Source of the DNA: a virus
Length of the DNA: 64,000 bases
Strand: one strand, 5' to 3'
IMG/VR virus record: IMGVR_UViG_3300010885_072825
Location: 32,001-96,000 of that record
The translations under genes and the position numbers were made by a program. Position 1 is the first letter of the stretch. Each line of letters starts with the position of its first letter. Shown here piece by piece: positions 47,537 to 56,794 of the stretch. The notes below the pieces were generated by a model, which worked only from the letters and a program-made list of their open reading frames with translations, was not told the origin of the DNA and made no database searches.

Positions 47537-47804
47537 TGTTTAAAAGAAAAACTTGAAATTTAGTTGTTTTAAACATTCGATTTAATTTTTCCGCCAAATT
47601 AAAAGCATGACCCTGATTGGAAAAACTGCTTTTTTTATATTTCAGTGAATTTTCACTCAATAGACTATTTTTAATAGTTCTCAAATTAATGGGTTTGCCG
47701 TCATAGAATACAGCATAAATGCCGGTTGCTGCTAATACCTGTTCACTTTTATAAGTTTTGGGATCCGTATAATTTAATACTACTCGAGGTTTGGGACGCG
47801 ACAT
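47508..47804 (-). CDS. basic hypothetical protein (MSRPKP start)
   Basis: TAAATA at 47830-47835; YKKSSFSNQGHAFNLA. Confidence 0.65.
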   Translation of the reverse strand: MSRPKPRVVLNYTDPKTYKSEQVLAATGIYAVFYDGKPINLRTIKNSLLSENSLKYKKSSFSNQGHAFNLAEKLNRMFKTTKFQVFLLNSGVEIKEGE

Positions 47805-47845
47805 AAAAACACCATAATGATTATATGGCTATTTATTCATTTTGT

Positions 47846-48082
47846 TCAAAAATTTCCACCTTCAAAACTTATATCAATTTGCTCAGATTTTTGAAGTTCA
47901 ATGATTTGATTTTGTAGATCAAGAATTTTAGAACTCAACGATAATTCGCGCGCTAAAACTAGACTTATTGCAGTAGATAATCTTTCTGCTTCCTGTATGC
48001 TCAAACGAATTTCTTTGCTATTTTGATTTTTAGCTGTTTGAAATTTAAGAACAAATTCTTCTATTCCATGATAATTTGACAT
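47846..48082 (-). CDS. small coiled-coil protein
   Basis: 78 aa, ends EGGNF. Confidence 0.6.
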   Translation of the reverse strand: MSNYHGIEEFVLKFQTAKNQNSKEIRLSIQEAERLSTAISLVLARELSLSSKILDLQNQIIELQKSEQIDISFEGGNF

Positions 48083-48083
48083 T

Positions 48084-48566
48084 TTATTGCAATTCCTCGG
48101 ATTTGTTTTTTTCTTGATTTACCACATGCGTTGCTTCAAGTTTCGTTTTAAATGGTCCCAAGGTTTGATACTGTTCCAAGGTTGCTTTTTTGGGGGAAAA
48201 TGCAGTTGTCCAGCCATTGGGAAATAAAATTACCCAATAACCAGCCGCATATAATACGTCTGAAGTAGCCGTTTTAGTATAAGTTGGTATTTGCCCCTCA
48301 GTTATATTGAATGGCGCGTGTTTTACCGGGAACCCTGAAATATCACCCAGTTCTTCTGATTTGTTATTGTCAGTTACTTCTTCAATCTGTATTTCTATTT
48401 TGAGCTGTTTTTCCATGTCAGCAAATGATTCAAACGTTTTGCCTTTGGCAATAGACACTCCAATCAGATGGTATGTTTCATTTATCAATGCACAAAGTCC
48501 CTGTTTATTTCCCCCTACTGAAACAATCCAGCTGGTTGTGGATATTGGTTTAAAATCATATCGCAT
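48084..48566 (-). CDS. hypothetical protein
   Basis: YAAGYW...FSPK...GPFKT. Confidence 0.6.
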   Translation of the reverse strand: MRYDFKPISTTSWIVSVGGNKQGLCALINETYHLIGVSIAKGKTFESFADMEKQLKIEIQIEEVTDNNKSEELGDISGFPVKHAPFNITEGQIPTYTKTATSDVLYAAGYWVILFPNGWTTAFSPKKATLEQYQTLGPFKTKLEATHVVNQEKNKSEELQ

Positions 48567-49563
48567 TGGCAGTATTCCTAATTGTCAATAAATGTCCGGT
48601 ATAGGGTGTAGAGAAGCAAGCACTAAAATCACTTGCCGATTTTTCTATTCTAACCAATCCATGCGTGTGACAAAATTGCAACAACCCAATACCAACTTGT
48701 GATCTACCGGGCCTATCAATTGAATCCAATATTGAACTATCAAATTTTTCAATTAGATCTGCTGGCTGTTGAGTCAAGTCAATCAGTAGTCGATTCCTTT
48801 TATAATCATCTTGTACACGGTGTTCCGCGCCTTCGTGATCCAACCAAGTACTTAACATCAAATTATTCCAAGCATAGCCCTGTGTAGTTCGATCTTCAAA
48901 CGCCAGCTGCATCTGCGTTTTTCTAACGCGTGGAAAAGCAGACATGATATTATCTGAAGAATCTCCGCGCAGACATTTTTCAAACAACATCCATTCGGGA
49001 TCGGGTTTGGCTATTTGGTTGCCTTTTTTATCAACAGCCGGGGCCCCATTTTTGTCCCAAACACCTTCAATAGTGTATAAGAGTGCTGATATACCATCAT
49101 AAAGCATTACACGATCTGATATCAATTGTTTGAAATCACTGTCACTGGAAATAATAACGTGATTATCTTCAGGATGTAATTGTATCCAACGCGCAATAAG
49201 ATCGTCTGCTTCAGCTTCTGGGTTTTGAAGAACTGTGCAATTGGTTTTTGTTCGGAGAAATTTAACAAATTCATTCATTGTTTCAAAAAAAGCAGTGTCG
49301 TCATCTATTTCACGCTGAGTTCGCTGTGCAGCAGCCGCCTTTCGATTTGCCTTATAGGGAGCATAGATATTTTTTCTCCATGAACGTCCTTCTAGCATGA
49401 AAACCAGGTGTTTGGAATCTGCATCAAACTGATCCCAAACTTTTTTAATACTTTGGAATATTATGTGCAATGCCATTCCAGAAGCTGAATCTTGATCCGG
49501 TGCTCGAATACCATGTCTTATTCGCATGAATAGATTTTGTTGATCTATTAGGATATATCTCAT
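48556..49563 (-). CDS. rnh: RNase H / 5'-3' flap exonuclease (T4 rnh-like)
   Basis: ILID, SWRK..Y..YKANR, EADD, SSDSDF.QL, GDSSDNI. Confidence 0.88.
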   Translation of the reverse strand: MRYILIDQQNLFMRIRHGIRAPDQDSASGMALHIIFQSIKKVWDQFDADSKHLVFMLEGRSWRKNIYAPYKANRKAAAAQRTQREIDDDTAFFETMNEFVKFLRTKTNCTVLQNPEAEADDLIARWIQLHPEDNHVIISSDSDFKQLISDRVMLYDGISALLYTIEGVWDKNGAPAVDKKGNQIAKPDPEWMLFEKCLRGDSSDNIMSAFPRVRKTQMQLAFEDRTTQGYAWNNLMLSTWLDHEGAEHRVQDDYKRNRLLIDLTQQPADLIEKFDSSILDSIDRPGRSQVGIGLLQFCHTHGLVRIEKSASDFSACFSTPYTGHLLTIRNTANAI

Positions 49564-49574
49564 TCACATTACTT

Positions 49575-50276
49575 TCAAAAATATTCTGTTAAATCACCTG
49601 AGATTCTTTGACTTTGTCCATTTGCCACAAATGTATTTTCAGGAATGTTTAGCTCATTTGAAACCAGTCGACAAATATCATTCAACCAATGATTTATTAC
49701 TTCTTCTTCAGTTCCATTGTAGCCATTTGCTTTTAGGAATTCCAAGAAATAATCATTGTAGTCTAGCTCAAAAAAGTTCTTTTTATCATCAACTGGATCC
49801 CAATTTATTTTGGGCATAGAAACCCAGGGTTCATGCCGGAGCTCAGCTGCTTGTTTTTCCATTTCATAATCTGTAATCAACTTGAATTCCAAATCCAACT
49901 CAAGTTTAGCTAGTTGCCATTCCACACTGTCAGTTTCACCTGGCAGTTTAGCTAGTCGATAATCATATTCAGAAATGTTATTATGCTTGAATTCAGTTTC
50001 AGCATTTAGTCGGGCCAGTTCAGTTTTATTATCAGCAATAAGTTCATTTTTTTGTAGTTCATAATCATACTGGCTAATGTGATCATATTGACGCTGTATA
50101 TCAAGTTTCTTTAATTGATATTCAATATCATTTTCAGATTCTAGAGCAGCGATTCTGAGATCAAGGTCATAACCAGTATATTCATATTCTGCTTGTGCTC
50201 TGAGTCTGGTTTTGCCTTTGAGTCCCCAGCTTGCCGGGTGTAGAAAAAATGGTATTATTGTGTTCTTTTTTGTCAT
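49575..50276 (-). CDS. hypothetical protein with short helical repeats
   Basis: Start at MTKKN after GGGGAG RBS; repeated I(S/T).YDY.L...E units. Confidence 0.6.
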   Translation of the reverse strand: MTKKNTIIPFFLHPASWGLKGKTRLRAQAEYEYTGYDLDLRIAALESENDIEYQLKKLDIQRQYDHISQYDYELQKNELIADNKTELARLNAETEFKHNNISEYDYRLAKLPGETDSVEWQLAKLELDLEFKLITDYEMEKQAAELRHEPWVSMPKINWDPVDDKKNFFELDYNDYFLEFLKANGYNGTEEEVINHWLNDICRLVSNELNIPENTFVANGQSQRISGDLTEYF

Positions 50277-50277
50277 T

Positions 50278-51210
50278 TTAAACTCCCCAAGCATTCCCTT
50301 TGACATTGACATGATATCTAGGACTCATTCTGTAACCATATTTAAGGCACAAATCATATACTATTTCTTGATAGTGAATATATTCTTCATAACAACCACC
50401 AACTGGCATTAGAAATACTTGTTCTACTCCCAGTTCTTTTACAGCTTGTTCAACTTCGGGAATGTGTTCTTCACCAGCAACCACAAATTTCAAATACATG
50501 ATCCGAGCTTTGACCTGTTCAAAGCTGCGAATGACTTCGGGGCGAATGGCCTGACTCCACAATTCTCCACTAGCAGACAGTTTGGGACTAACTGAAAAAG
50601 TTACTGTAATTGGTCTGGGTGGTTCTGGAGTTGTGTATATCTCTCGGTATCCACCCAGACCATCGTCTTCTAATTCACCCTCTTCCCAAGCCCATATTTC
50701 ATGTGTTTTATTACGATCGTTAAAATAGTCAACCAATGCTTTGCTGAGTGGTTGCGTGCCATTAGTTTCAAAAGTGAGATTCGTTAATTCCGGCAATAGA
50801 TCCAAAAGTTTGGGATATGCACGTTGCCAGCCCAACAGTGGTTCGCCGCCTGTAATCACTAGATGAAACTCTTTGCCATTTTCTGTGTGAAATTTGCCAT
50901 CTGGCAACAAAGCTCGCATTTCATTTACCAAGTCTTCTTCTGTTTTCATTGGTGATAGATGTTTGAATTCAGTGTAGATAGCCGCATAGCTATCACACCC
51001 TGTTCTTACCAGTGGTAAATCGTCAAATTTTTCATAATTATCGATGTTTTTGATTATTTCACCAACTTCAGTTGTCTGTTCTCCCTTAGGTAACCCAAAT
51101 GATTTACATCGAAAATTACACCCGAATGTACGTAGAAAAATACTGGGTTGTCCAAGCCAATAGCCTTCTCCTTGATGAGCTGGTCCAAAAAGTTCTGATA
51201 CTTTAATCAT
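50278..51210 (-). CDS. queE: 7-carboxy-7-deazaguanine synthase QueE-like radical SAM enzyme
   Basis: ELF...QGEG..LG.PSIFLRT.GCNFRC, GCDS, ITGGEPL, ETNGT, VSPKL, FLMP, SPRYH; start after GAGGT RBS. Confidence 0.8.
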   Translation of the reverse strand: MIKVSELFGPAHQGEGYWLGQPSIFLRTFGCNFRCKSFGLPKGEQTTEVGEIIKNIDNYEKFDDLPLVRTGCDSYAAIYTEFKHLSPMKTEEDLVNEMRALLPDGKFHTENGKEFHLVITGGEPLLGWQRAYPKLLDLLPELTNLTFETNGTQPLSKALVDYFNDRNKTHEIWAWEEGELEDDGLGGYREIYTTPEPPRPITVTFSVSPKLSASGELWSQAIRPEVIRSFEQVKARIMYLKFVVAGEEHIPEVEQAVKELGVEQVFLMPVGGCYEEYIHYQEIVYDLCLKYGYRMSPRYHVNVKGNAWGV

Positions 51211-51265
51211 AATTACCTCTGATTCTATCTTCAATTATTCTATATTCACTGGCTGCCAGTCAATA

Positions 51266-51300
51266 AAAAACTCCGGACTTTGATATCCGGAGTTTCTTTT
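51266..51300 (-). terminator. Rho-independent terminator
   Basis: AAACTCCGGA-N-TCCGGAGTTTTTT. Confidence 0.8.
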
Positions 51301-51303
51301 GAG

Positions 51304-52104
51304 TTATCGTACCCAGCTGGGAGGCGGTTGACATCCAGATGAACTACCATTTCCTGGGAATGGATTGGGAATCGTGGGAGAATTTTTTGTCCTAAGCTGT
51401 ATACCCATCTTCCGTAAATTTTCTGCTGTGTCATAATAAATGATCATTAGACTGTCTGCTGTTGTGGTATTGTATCTGACAAAGTTCACTTCTTGTGTTA
51501 TGTGATCAACAGCATTACCAAAAGCTGTTCCCACTTTTAATTGTGAGCAATTGTTGGTGGTAACAGTTGAAACTGTACTACGTAGATAAGAGTCGTGATG
51601 TGATGCAGCACTAATTAATATTGGTGTAGCAATATTAGAATGAAGATTTGCTGAATAACCGGCATAATTTGATAATGGTGTTGCATTTGAGTTCTCACCA
51701 AATACCATACACCCAATTACTCCTGTGTTAGCAACCGTACCGCCAATCTGATTTACATAGGAATTTGATTTTTTAGAGAAATAAAATTCTGCTGCTTCTC
51801 GGTTATTAAGTCTCCAGCCCGGTATTTCCATGCTTTGATTGGGTGATAACACATAACCTCTGCTGTGGATACCTGCCGGTAACCCATCAAGTATATCTAG
51901 TCCATCCACGCTTACGATGAACTGGGCACGTCGCCAATCATTGTTTTTTAGATAGATAGTGTACTTACTGCCTTCTCGTCCTTCAATCCAAATATTACCA
52001 TTGTGGAGGTATTCATCAGCAGCAGCACGACCATTTGGACGTATTTGCATTTCATATAGTGCGCCAGTATTAAACATGATTTGTGCCTCGCTTTTTAGAA
52101 CCAC
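51304..52104 (-). CDS. hypothetical protein, vWA-gene partner
   Basis: SVDGLDILDG..GYVL.P....IPGWR, NTGVIG, NPFPG...CQPP. Confidence 0.7.
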   Translation of the reverse strand: MVLKSEAQIMFNTGALYEMQIRPNGRAAADEYLHNGNIWIEGREGSKYTIYLKNNDWRRAQFIVSVDGLDILDGLPAGIHSRGYVLSPNQSMEIPGWRLNNREAAEFYFSKKSNSYVNQIGGTVANTGVIGCMVFGENSNATPLSNYAGYSANLHSNIATPILISAASHHDSYLRSTVSTVTTNNCSQLKVGTAFGNAVDHITQEVNFVRYNTTTADSLMIIYYDTAENLRKMGIQLRTKNSPTIPNPFPGNGSSSGCQPPPSWVR

Positions 52105-52867
52105 GAACTTTGACAGATGTAGTTGTTACCACATCTGCAACTGAATCAGACCATCCTGATGTTGCAGCACCTGAAGCATATATGGTTTGGGTATTCATAC
52201 CAGCAAATTTTGCACCACGCATTGCCGTAGTACTGGAACTCACTGAATTCATAGTCTTAATCATGTCAGAAGTACTATAAGATACGGTGTTGTGAGATCC
52301 CATGCCATAAGCAGATCCCACGCTGAATGCATCAATATTAGCTCCCAAGAAGATGAATGAATAATCAGCAGCTTCGCCTGCTGCCACCATTTCTTTGATT
52401 TGAGCATTGGTATATTTTTGACTAGCGTTTTCTTCACCATCTGTCATGATCACCACAATCACACCTGGACGTTCCAATTCAGGTACTGATCGAAGTACTT
52501 CATCTATATTTTGAATAGCAGACCCAATGGCATCATTCAAATTGGTCCCACCACCTGGTTGATAGTCACGAGTAGTTAATGGCTCTACCAATTCAATTGG
52601 TTTATTTTTATAAAGTGTGTGAATATGAGGTGCATTCAGCTTAGTGACTGTAAGATACGCTCGTCCGGCGCCTTCGGTGCGTTTTTGTCCATCAACAAAT
52701 TCATTGAATCCTGCGATAGTGCTGGCTTGAGCATGAGCCATGCTGCCGCTTTCATCTAAAATAATGCTGATTAATGTTCCGTTATTGGATGCTTTGGCAA
52801 ATTCCCATTTTTTATCTGCGGGGAACGCATTTGGTAGATCATTCAGAGCTGTAGTGTATGTTTTCAT
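52070..52867 (-). CDS. vWA domain protein
   Basis: ILDESGSM (MIDAS), GGTNLNDAIG, IMTDGEENAS, FLGAN. Confidence 0.88.
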   Translation of the reverse strand: MKTYTTALNDLPNAFPADKKWEFAKASNNGTLISIILDESGSMAHAQASTIAGFNEFVDGQKRTEGAGRAYLTVTKLNAPHIHTLYKNKPIELVEPLTTRDYQPGGGTNLNDAIGSAIQNIDEVLRSVPELERPGVIVVIMTDGEENASQKYTNAQIKEMVAAGEAADYSFIFLGANIDAFSVGSAYGMGSHNTVSYSTSDMIKTMNSVSSSTTAMRGAKFAGMNTQTIYASGAATSGWSDSVADVVTTTSVKVRGSKKRGTNHV

Positions 52868-52963
52868 TTATTTTCCTTCTGAGGTCTTCGCTGCTCAGCA
52901 TCACCGCTGAGACTTCACCGCCTCGTGTGAATCGACCCTATGTCAACTCACATTCTATTTATA
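52868..52963 (-). promoter_or_regulatory. TATAAATA late promoter plus structured ~85-nt 5' leader
   Basis: Hairpin TGTGAGTTGAC/GTCGATTCACA, then GAGG..CTCAGC/GCTGAG..CCTC with purine-rich internal loop abutting the AAGGA RBS. Confidence 0.6.
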
Positions 52964-53006
52964 ATTTATTGAACTGAATAAAATCAAATTTCAGTAAATA
53001 AAATAA

Positions 53007-53192
53007 TCATTTGATTGCTTGAAATTCAATTTGTCTAATTCCATCACGCATTGGCAAAAAGACCGGCATATTATTGCCTGCTTTGAAGTATTCTTGTTCC
53101 TTGAGTTCTTTTGCAATTTTATCAATATAAAGTTTGGCTTTGTCATCACTAAGATTCCCAACTTCAACATATGCTATCAAAATAGTTTCCAT
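53007..53192 (-). CDS. small hypothetical protein
   Basis: AAGGA RBS; YVEVGNL...KA..YI. Confidence 0.6.
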   Translation of the reverse strand: METILIAYVEVGNLSDDKAKLYIDKIAKELKEQEYFKAGNNMPVFLPMRDGIRQIEFQAIK

Positions 53193-53243
53193 TTAATTCC
53201 TTTTTTAAATTAAATCAAATTATATGCAGCAAATAATTAGAAA

Positions 53244-53867
53244 TCAAATCTGAGGAAATAATATTTGAGTCATGAAAGTTTTAGCAGACTGTTCACCAAT
53301 AATATTTTTCAATGCTCGGAATGTATGTTCATTCTGACGTTGTTTTTCACAATATCTATTTTGACCAATAGTAATTTCAGCAACATCACCTAATTCAGTT
53401 TGTAAAGTAGTCAAATAAGCGGTCAACACTCGCTTAGCTTCGTCTGCTATTAACCGCATTTCTGCTTCATCTGGGCGTGCTGCTATCCAGTGATCACTGA
53501 ATATATCGCCCCATGCTGGTCGTTCACGTTGTTTGACAATTGCAATGTCACTGAATGGTTTGAGTGGTTTGCTATTTGTTGGACTCAAATCTAAGAACAC
53601 ACCAGTGACTTTATTCTCACCCGCAATTACATCAAAGCCAAAGATGGGTGCTGTGTCATTAGCACGTGGAAAAACACAACAGTGAACTACCATAAATCTG
53701 TCTTGGTTGAAAATTTCAATATGTGCTAGACGAAATCGATCACTTGAATATCTATAATTTTCCCAACCCCAGTCTTCAGTTGGTATTTCGGTCAAATTAG
53801 ACTGACTTAATATTATTGCGTGTAATTCTCGAGCCAGGTTATCTAGAAAATGAATATAGTTCATCAT
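53244..53867 (-). CDS. ferredoxin-dependent bilin reductase (PcyA/PcyX family)
   Basis: FRLAHIE, VVHCCVFP, PIFGFD, DLSP, R.RPAWGDIFS, NRYC..QRQN.HT; follows heme oxygenase. Confidence 0.85.
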   Translation of the reverse strand: MMNYIHFLDNLARELHAIILSQSNLTEIPTEDWGWENYRYSSDRFRLAHIEIFNQDRFMVVHCCVFPRANDTAPIFGFDVIAGENKVTGVFLDLSPTNSKPLKPFSDIAIVKQRERPAWGDIFSDHWIAARPDEAEMRLIADEAKRVLTAYLTTLQTELGDVAEITIGQNRYCEKQRQNEHTFRALKNIIGEQSAKTFMTQILFPQI

Positions 53868-54351
53868 AAATCTTTATTATCCATTCGAATGATTTGATTG
53901 CTAGATCGGGATCTATATGTTTGGTATTGTTTCTAATAAAATCAATGGTTCCTGCTCTATCAATATAAGTCAAATAATTCAATTTGATTGGTTGTCGATC
54001 AGCAATAATAGAACCTCCGTAGAGATCTCCCAAATAATGCACATAAATAGGCGCCCAAATATCTTGGTCAGATAAAGTATTCAACCAAGAAATATATGCT
54101 TGAGCGGTTTTTGTTATTTTGCCTGGTGACTTTAGTGTTAATAAATCTTGTGAAATTAAATTCGATCTCATGAGTTCTGTATCGGCAAATAAATCACGTG
54201 CTTCAAAATGACTGTAGATCAAAATTAAATTGTAGAGATGATTGGACCATTCTGTTTTTGTAAGTTCGCCAGCAATCATTAGTTGACTCCAAGCAGTTTT
54301 TTCTGCTTGATGGTGAATATCAGATATAACGTCTTTTATTGATAGTGTCAT
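53839..54351 (-). CDS. heme oxygenase
   Basis: Proximal His in DIHHQAE; distal YVHYLGDLYGGSII helix. Confidence 0.88.
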   Translation of the reverse strand: MTLSIKDVISDIHHQAEKTAWSQLMIAGELTKTEWSNHLYNLILIYSHFEARDLFADTELMRSNLISQDLLTLKSPGKITKTAQAYISWLNTLSDQDIWAPIYVHYLGDLYGGSIIADRQPIKLNYLTYIDRAGTIDFIRNNTKHIDPDLAIKSFEWIIKIYDELYSFSR

Positions 54352-54923
54352 TTTTCAGCAATTCGAAGACCCAAGTTATTTAGGGTTTCAAAAAGCGATA
54401 GGATCAACTCGAATTCCTGCTTTTGGTATTTTTCACTTAAATTTTCCCAAGGCATGATCATGGGATGCAGTTTATTCTTTTGATCCAATCGTATACCAAA
54501 ATTCCAACCCGCTTTTACTTTGGATTTCATCCAAGCCGTATGATGTTGTTTTGCAGCAGTTTCAACAATTTCTTTTAGCTTGTTATCATACTTTTCTTTG
54601 ACCTGATGCTTCATTCGAGTCAATTGACTAAAATTGATGATGAAGTTTTTATTCGTGGTCCAAGTTTTAGACCAAGCAGCCGCAATAGAACCAGCTTCAT
54701 GTTCTTGTAGATCTCTGCATAATACAACAACATAATGGGTTTTTCCATTATGTGTTCTATGCACATGAGTTAACATGCGTGGTTTGGAATCAATGAATAT
54801 TTCGGTTGAACTCACTATAGAAGGTGGTCCAACCGTTTCAACCAAGTCATACCAAAGTTGTTTTTCGGCTGGTGAAAGTTTTTCTTTGACAATTAACTCA
54901 ATAAATGGGAATTGATATTTCAT
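54348..54923 (-). CDS. protein with C-terminal RyR (ryanodine-receptor repeat) domain
   Basis: HHTAWM..KVKAGWNFG..LD..NKLHPMIMPWENL; TAAATA 4 nt from ATG. Confidence 0.75.
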   Translation of the reverse strand: MKYQFPFIELIVKEKLSPAEKQLWYDLVETVGPPSIVSSTEIFIDSKPRMLTHVHRTHNGKTHYVVVLCRDLQEHEAGSIAAAWSKTWTTNKNFIINFSQLTRMKHQVKEKYDNKLKEIVETAAKQHHTAWMKSKVKAGWNFGIRLDQKNKLHPMIMPWENLSEKYQKQEFELILSLFETLNNLGLRIAEK

Positions 54924-54946
54924 CCCTTATTTATCATTAAGTGTCG

Positions 54947-55390
54947 TTAGTCTTCTTCAACGTCGTCGTCATCAAACTCTTCGTCTGACATTTCACTGGA
55001 AAGCACAAAGCTGATATTGTCTACGTTACTTAGATCAGTTACAAAATTGTTGATTCTGCATACTGACAGTTCAACATCTCCAGACAATTTAAATGCCATG
55101 AATTGTTCTAGTACAAGATTGCCTTGTTCTTCCACATCTTCCACGGTCATTCCAGTAGTATCATTTGCATTGCAAATATGTTCAATATGTTCAGCACCCG
55201 ATTTATAATTGATGATGAATGTCAAACATGGAGGAATTTCTGCCAAGCCATCTCGTGACTTGCCAGATGTCCAACCAGCTTCTACCGCTGCTTGTGCTTC
55301 TTCAAACGTTGAATCAAATTGTTCTCGGTGTTCTTTTACCAGTTTCATTGCTGCAATTGATGAAACCTTATTCGTGTCTTTCATTACCAT
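54947..55390 (-). CDS. acidic hypothetical protein
   Basis: 147 aa, acidic tail. Confidence 0.6.
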   Translation of the reverse strand: MVMKDTNKVSSIAAMKLVKEHREQFDSTFEEAQAAVEAGWTSGKSRDGLAEIPPCLTFIINYKSGAEHIEHICNANDTTGMTVEDVEEQGNLVLEQFMAFKLSGDVELSVCRINNFVTDLSNVDNISFVLSSEMSDEEFDDDDVEED

Positions 55391-55608
55391 ACCTTTTTGT
55401 CTCCAGATGCTTCACAGTCATCATACCCTAAATTATATTCTGCAATTTCTTTGTCAGTTAGATCAATAATTTTTTCACCATGATAAGTGCCTTCGGGATA
55501 CCAATGCGGATCTCTTGGACGACCATAGTAACTGTCTGCTGACCCCCGATCATAGAGTGCACCATTTCGGTCTCGGTCAAATTGTGGTAGCATTTGTTTT
55601 CTCTTCAT
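55384..55608 (-). CDS. small phage protein
   Basis: GALYDRGSADSYYGRPRDPH...EY.LGY. Confidence 0.65.
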   Translation of the reverse strand: MKRKQMLPQFDRDRNGALYDRGSADSYYGRPRDPHWYPEGTYHGEKIIDLTDKEIAEYNLGYDDCEASGDKKVW

Positions 55609-55619
55609 TTTAAAATTGC

Positions 55620-56123
55620 CTACAGTTTGTCAAATTGCCAATCTTCAGCACGAACCACCAAATCAAACCCTTCTTCGACAGTAGGCGGTTGATAGGTCGT
55701 TGCCATGTTTTTCAGGATATGGCCGGGAATGGTTTTACCAAGCCGGGAATCCAGTACTTGTTGCCAAACAGTGTCTTCCAATGCTGGAAACACTAACGCG
55801 ATCTTAAAATAAGTCGCAGGAATTTTCGACAACTTGGATCGTCTAGCTTTGGCAGATAAATTGGTTTGGTCCCAAAGGATTAGACTTTGATTCTTAACCG
55901 CGTTTTGTAATTTTTCTTCTGCTAGCTGAGTCGCGGTTTTGATATATTCTTCAAACACTGCATCATAAGTCGTGTTTTGTTTGCGAGCATAGATATCAAT
56001 GAACTTGTCAGTTGAAATGAGTGCAATGTCAGAGAATCGATTAGCTAGAGACTGTTCCAACTTCTTGAAAAACGTAGACTTGCCCGTTCCTGGAAGTCCC
56101 ACTGCCATAATCATCAAGTTCAT
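55620..56123 (-). CDS. P-loop kinase (PNK kinase-domain / AAA_33-like)
   Basis: GLPGTGKST, ISTD, WDQTNL...R, PTVEEGFD. Confidence 0.8.
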   Translation of the reverse strand: MNLMIMAVGLPGTGKSTFFKKLEQSLANRFSDIALISTDKFIDIYARKQNTTYDAVFEEYIKTATQLAEEKLQNAVKNQSLILWDQTNLSAKARRSKLSKIPATYFKIALVFPALEDTVWQQVLDSRLGKTIPGHILKNMATTYQPPTVEEGFDLVVRAEDWQFDKL

Positions 56124-56169
56124 TGTTTAACCCTTTTGTCTTTTGATTATAACATGATGTTATCAAAAA

Positions 56170-56739
56170 TCAACGCATCTTATAAAAAACATGCAAGCCA
56201 ATTTGACGTGTTTTTTTCAATGAACCATTATGAGACCATTGGGGTTTCACATAGTTAGCATGATAATAGGTTGCGCCTCGAGTCACGTCTGAAACATTGC
56301 CTAGATAAACATTTTCAGCCAATTTGATTGTACGCCGAAACGTTCGTCGATCTCGTATGGGACGATGTGGTTCACACTGCCATGAAAATTGACATACCGT
56401 TTGAGTACGTTGTCGAATCACACTACAAGGTGTACGTCCAAACTTACCATTGTGTATTCGATTGATTACAACGTTATTAACTGCAATAATTCCAAGATCA
56501 CCCTGATCAGCAGCTTCATAATAGGCATTCTCTGCCATACAATATATTTGTTCTCGATCTTTGACGGTTAGGTTTACCGGAACTCGGACCACCACTCGAC
56601 GTTCTACGATCTTTGGTACTTGAACTATTTGTATTCTGGGAGCAGGTTGTGAATGTATCATGCACAACAAAATTATTACTGCACCAACCAGTTTAAAATT
56701 TATGGCCCATAATACATTGTTCAATGTGATAGTTGGCAT
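56170..56739 (-). CDS. SleB/Hydrolase_2 cell-wall hydrolase with N-terminal anchor
   Basis: CMAENAYYEA, VVINR, CQFSW, GATYYHANYVKPQW, IGLHVFY. Confidence 0.88.
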   Translation of the reverse strand: MPTITLNNVLWAINFKLVGAVIILLCMIHSQPAPRIQIVQVPKIVERRVVVRVPVNLTVKDREQIYCMAENAYYEAADQGDLGIIAVNNVVINRIHNGKFGRTPCSVIRQRTQTVCQFSWQCEPHRPIRDRRTFRRTIKLAENVYLGNVSDVTRGATYYHANYVKPQWSHNGSLKKTRQIGLHVFYKMR

Positions 56740-56794
56740 AAGCTTGTGACCACGTTGATTACTGCTTCATAGTTAACGGATTAGCAATCAAATG

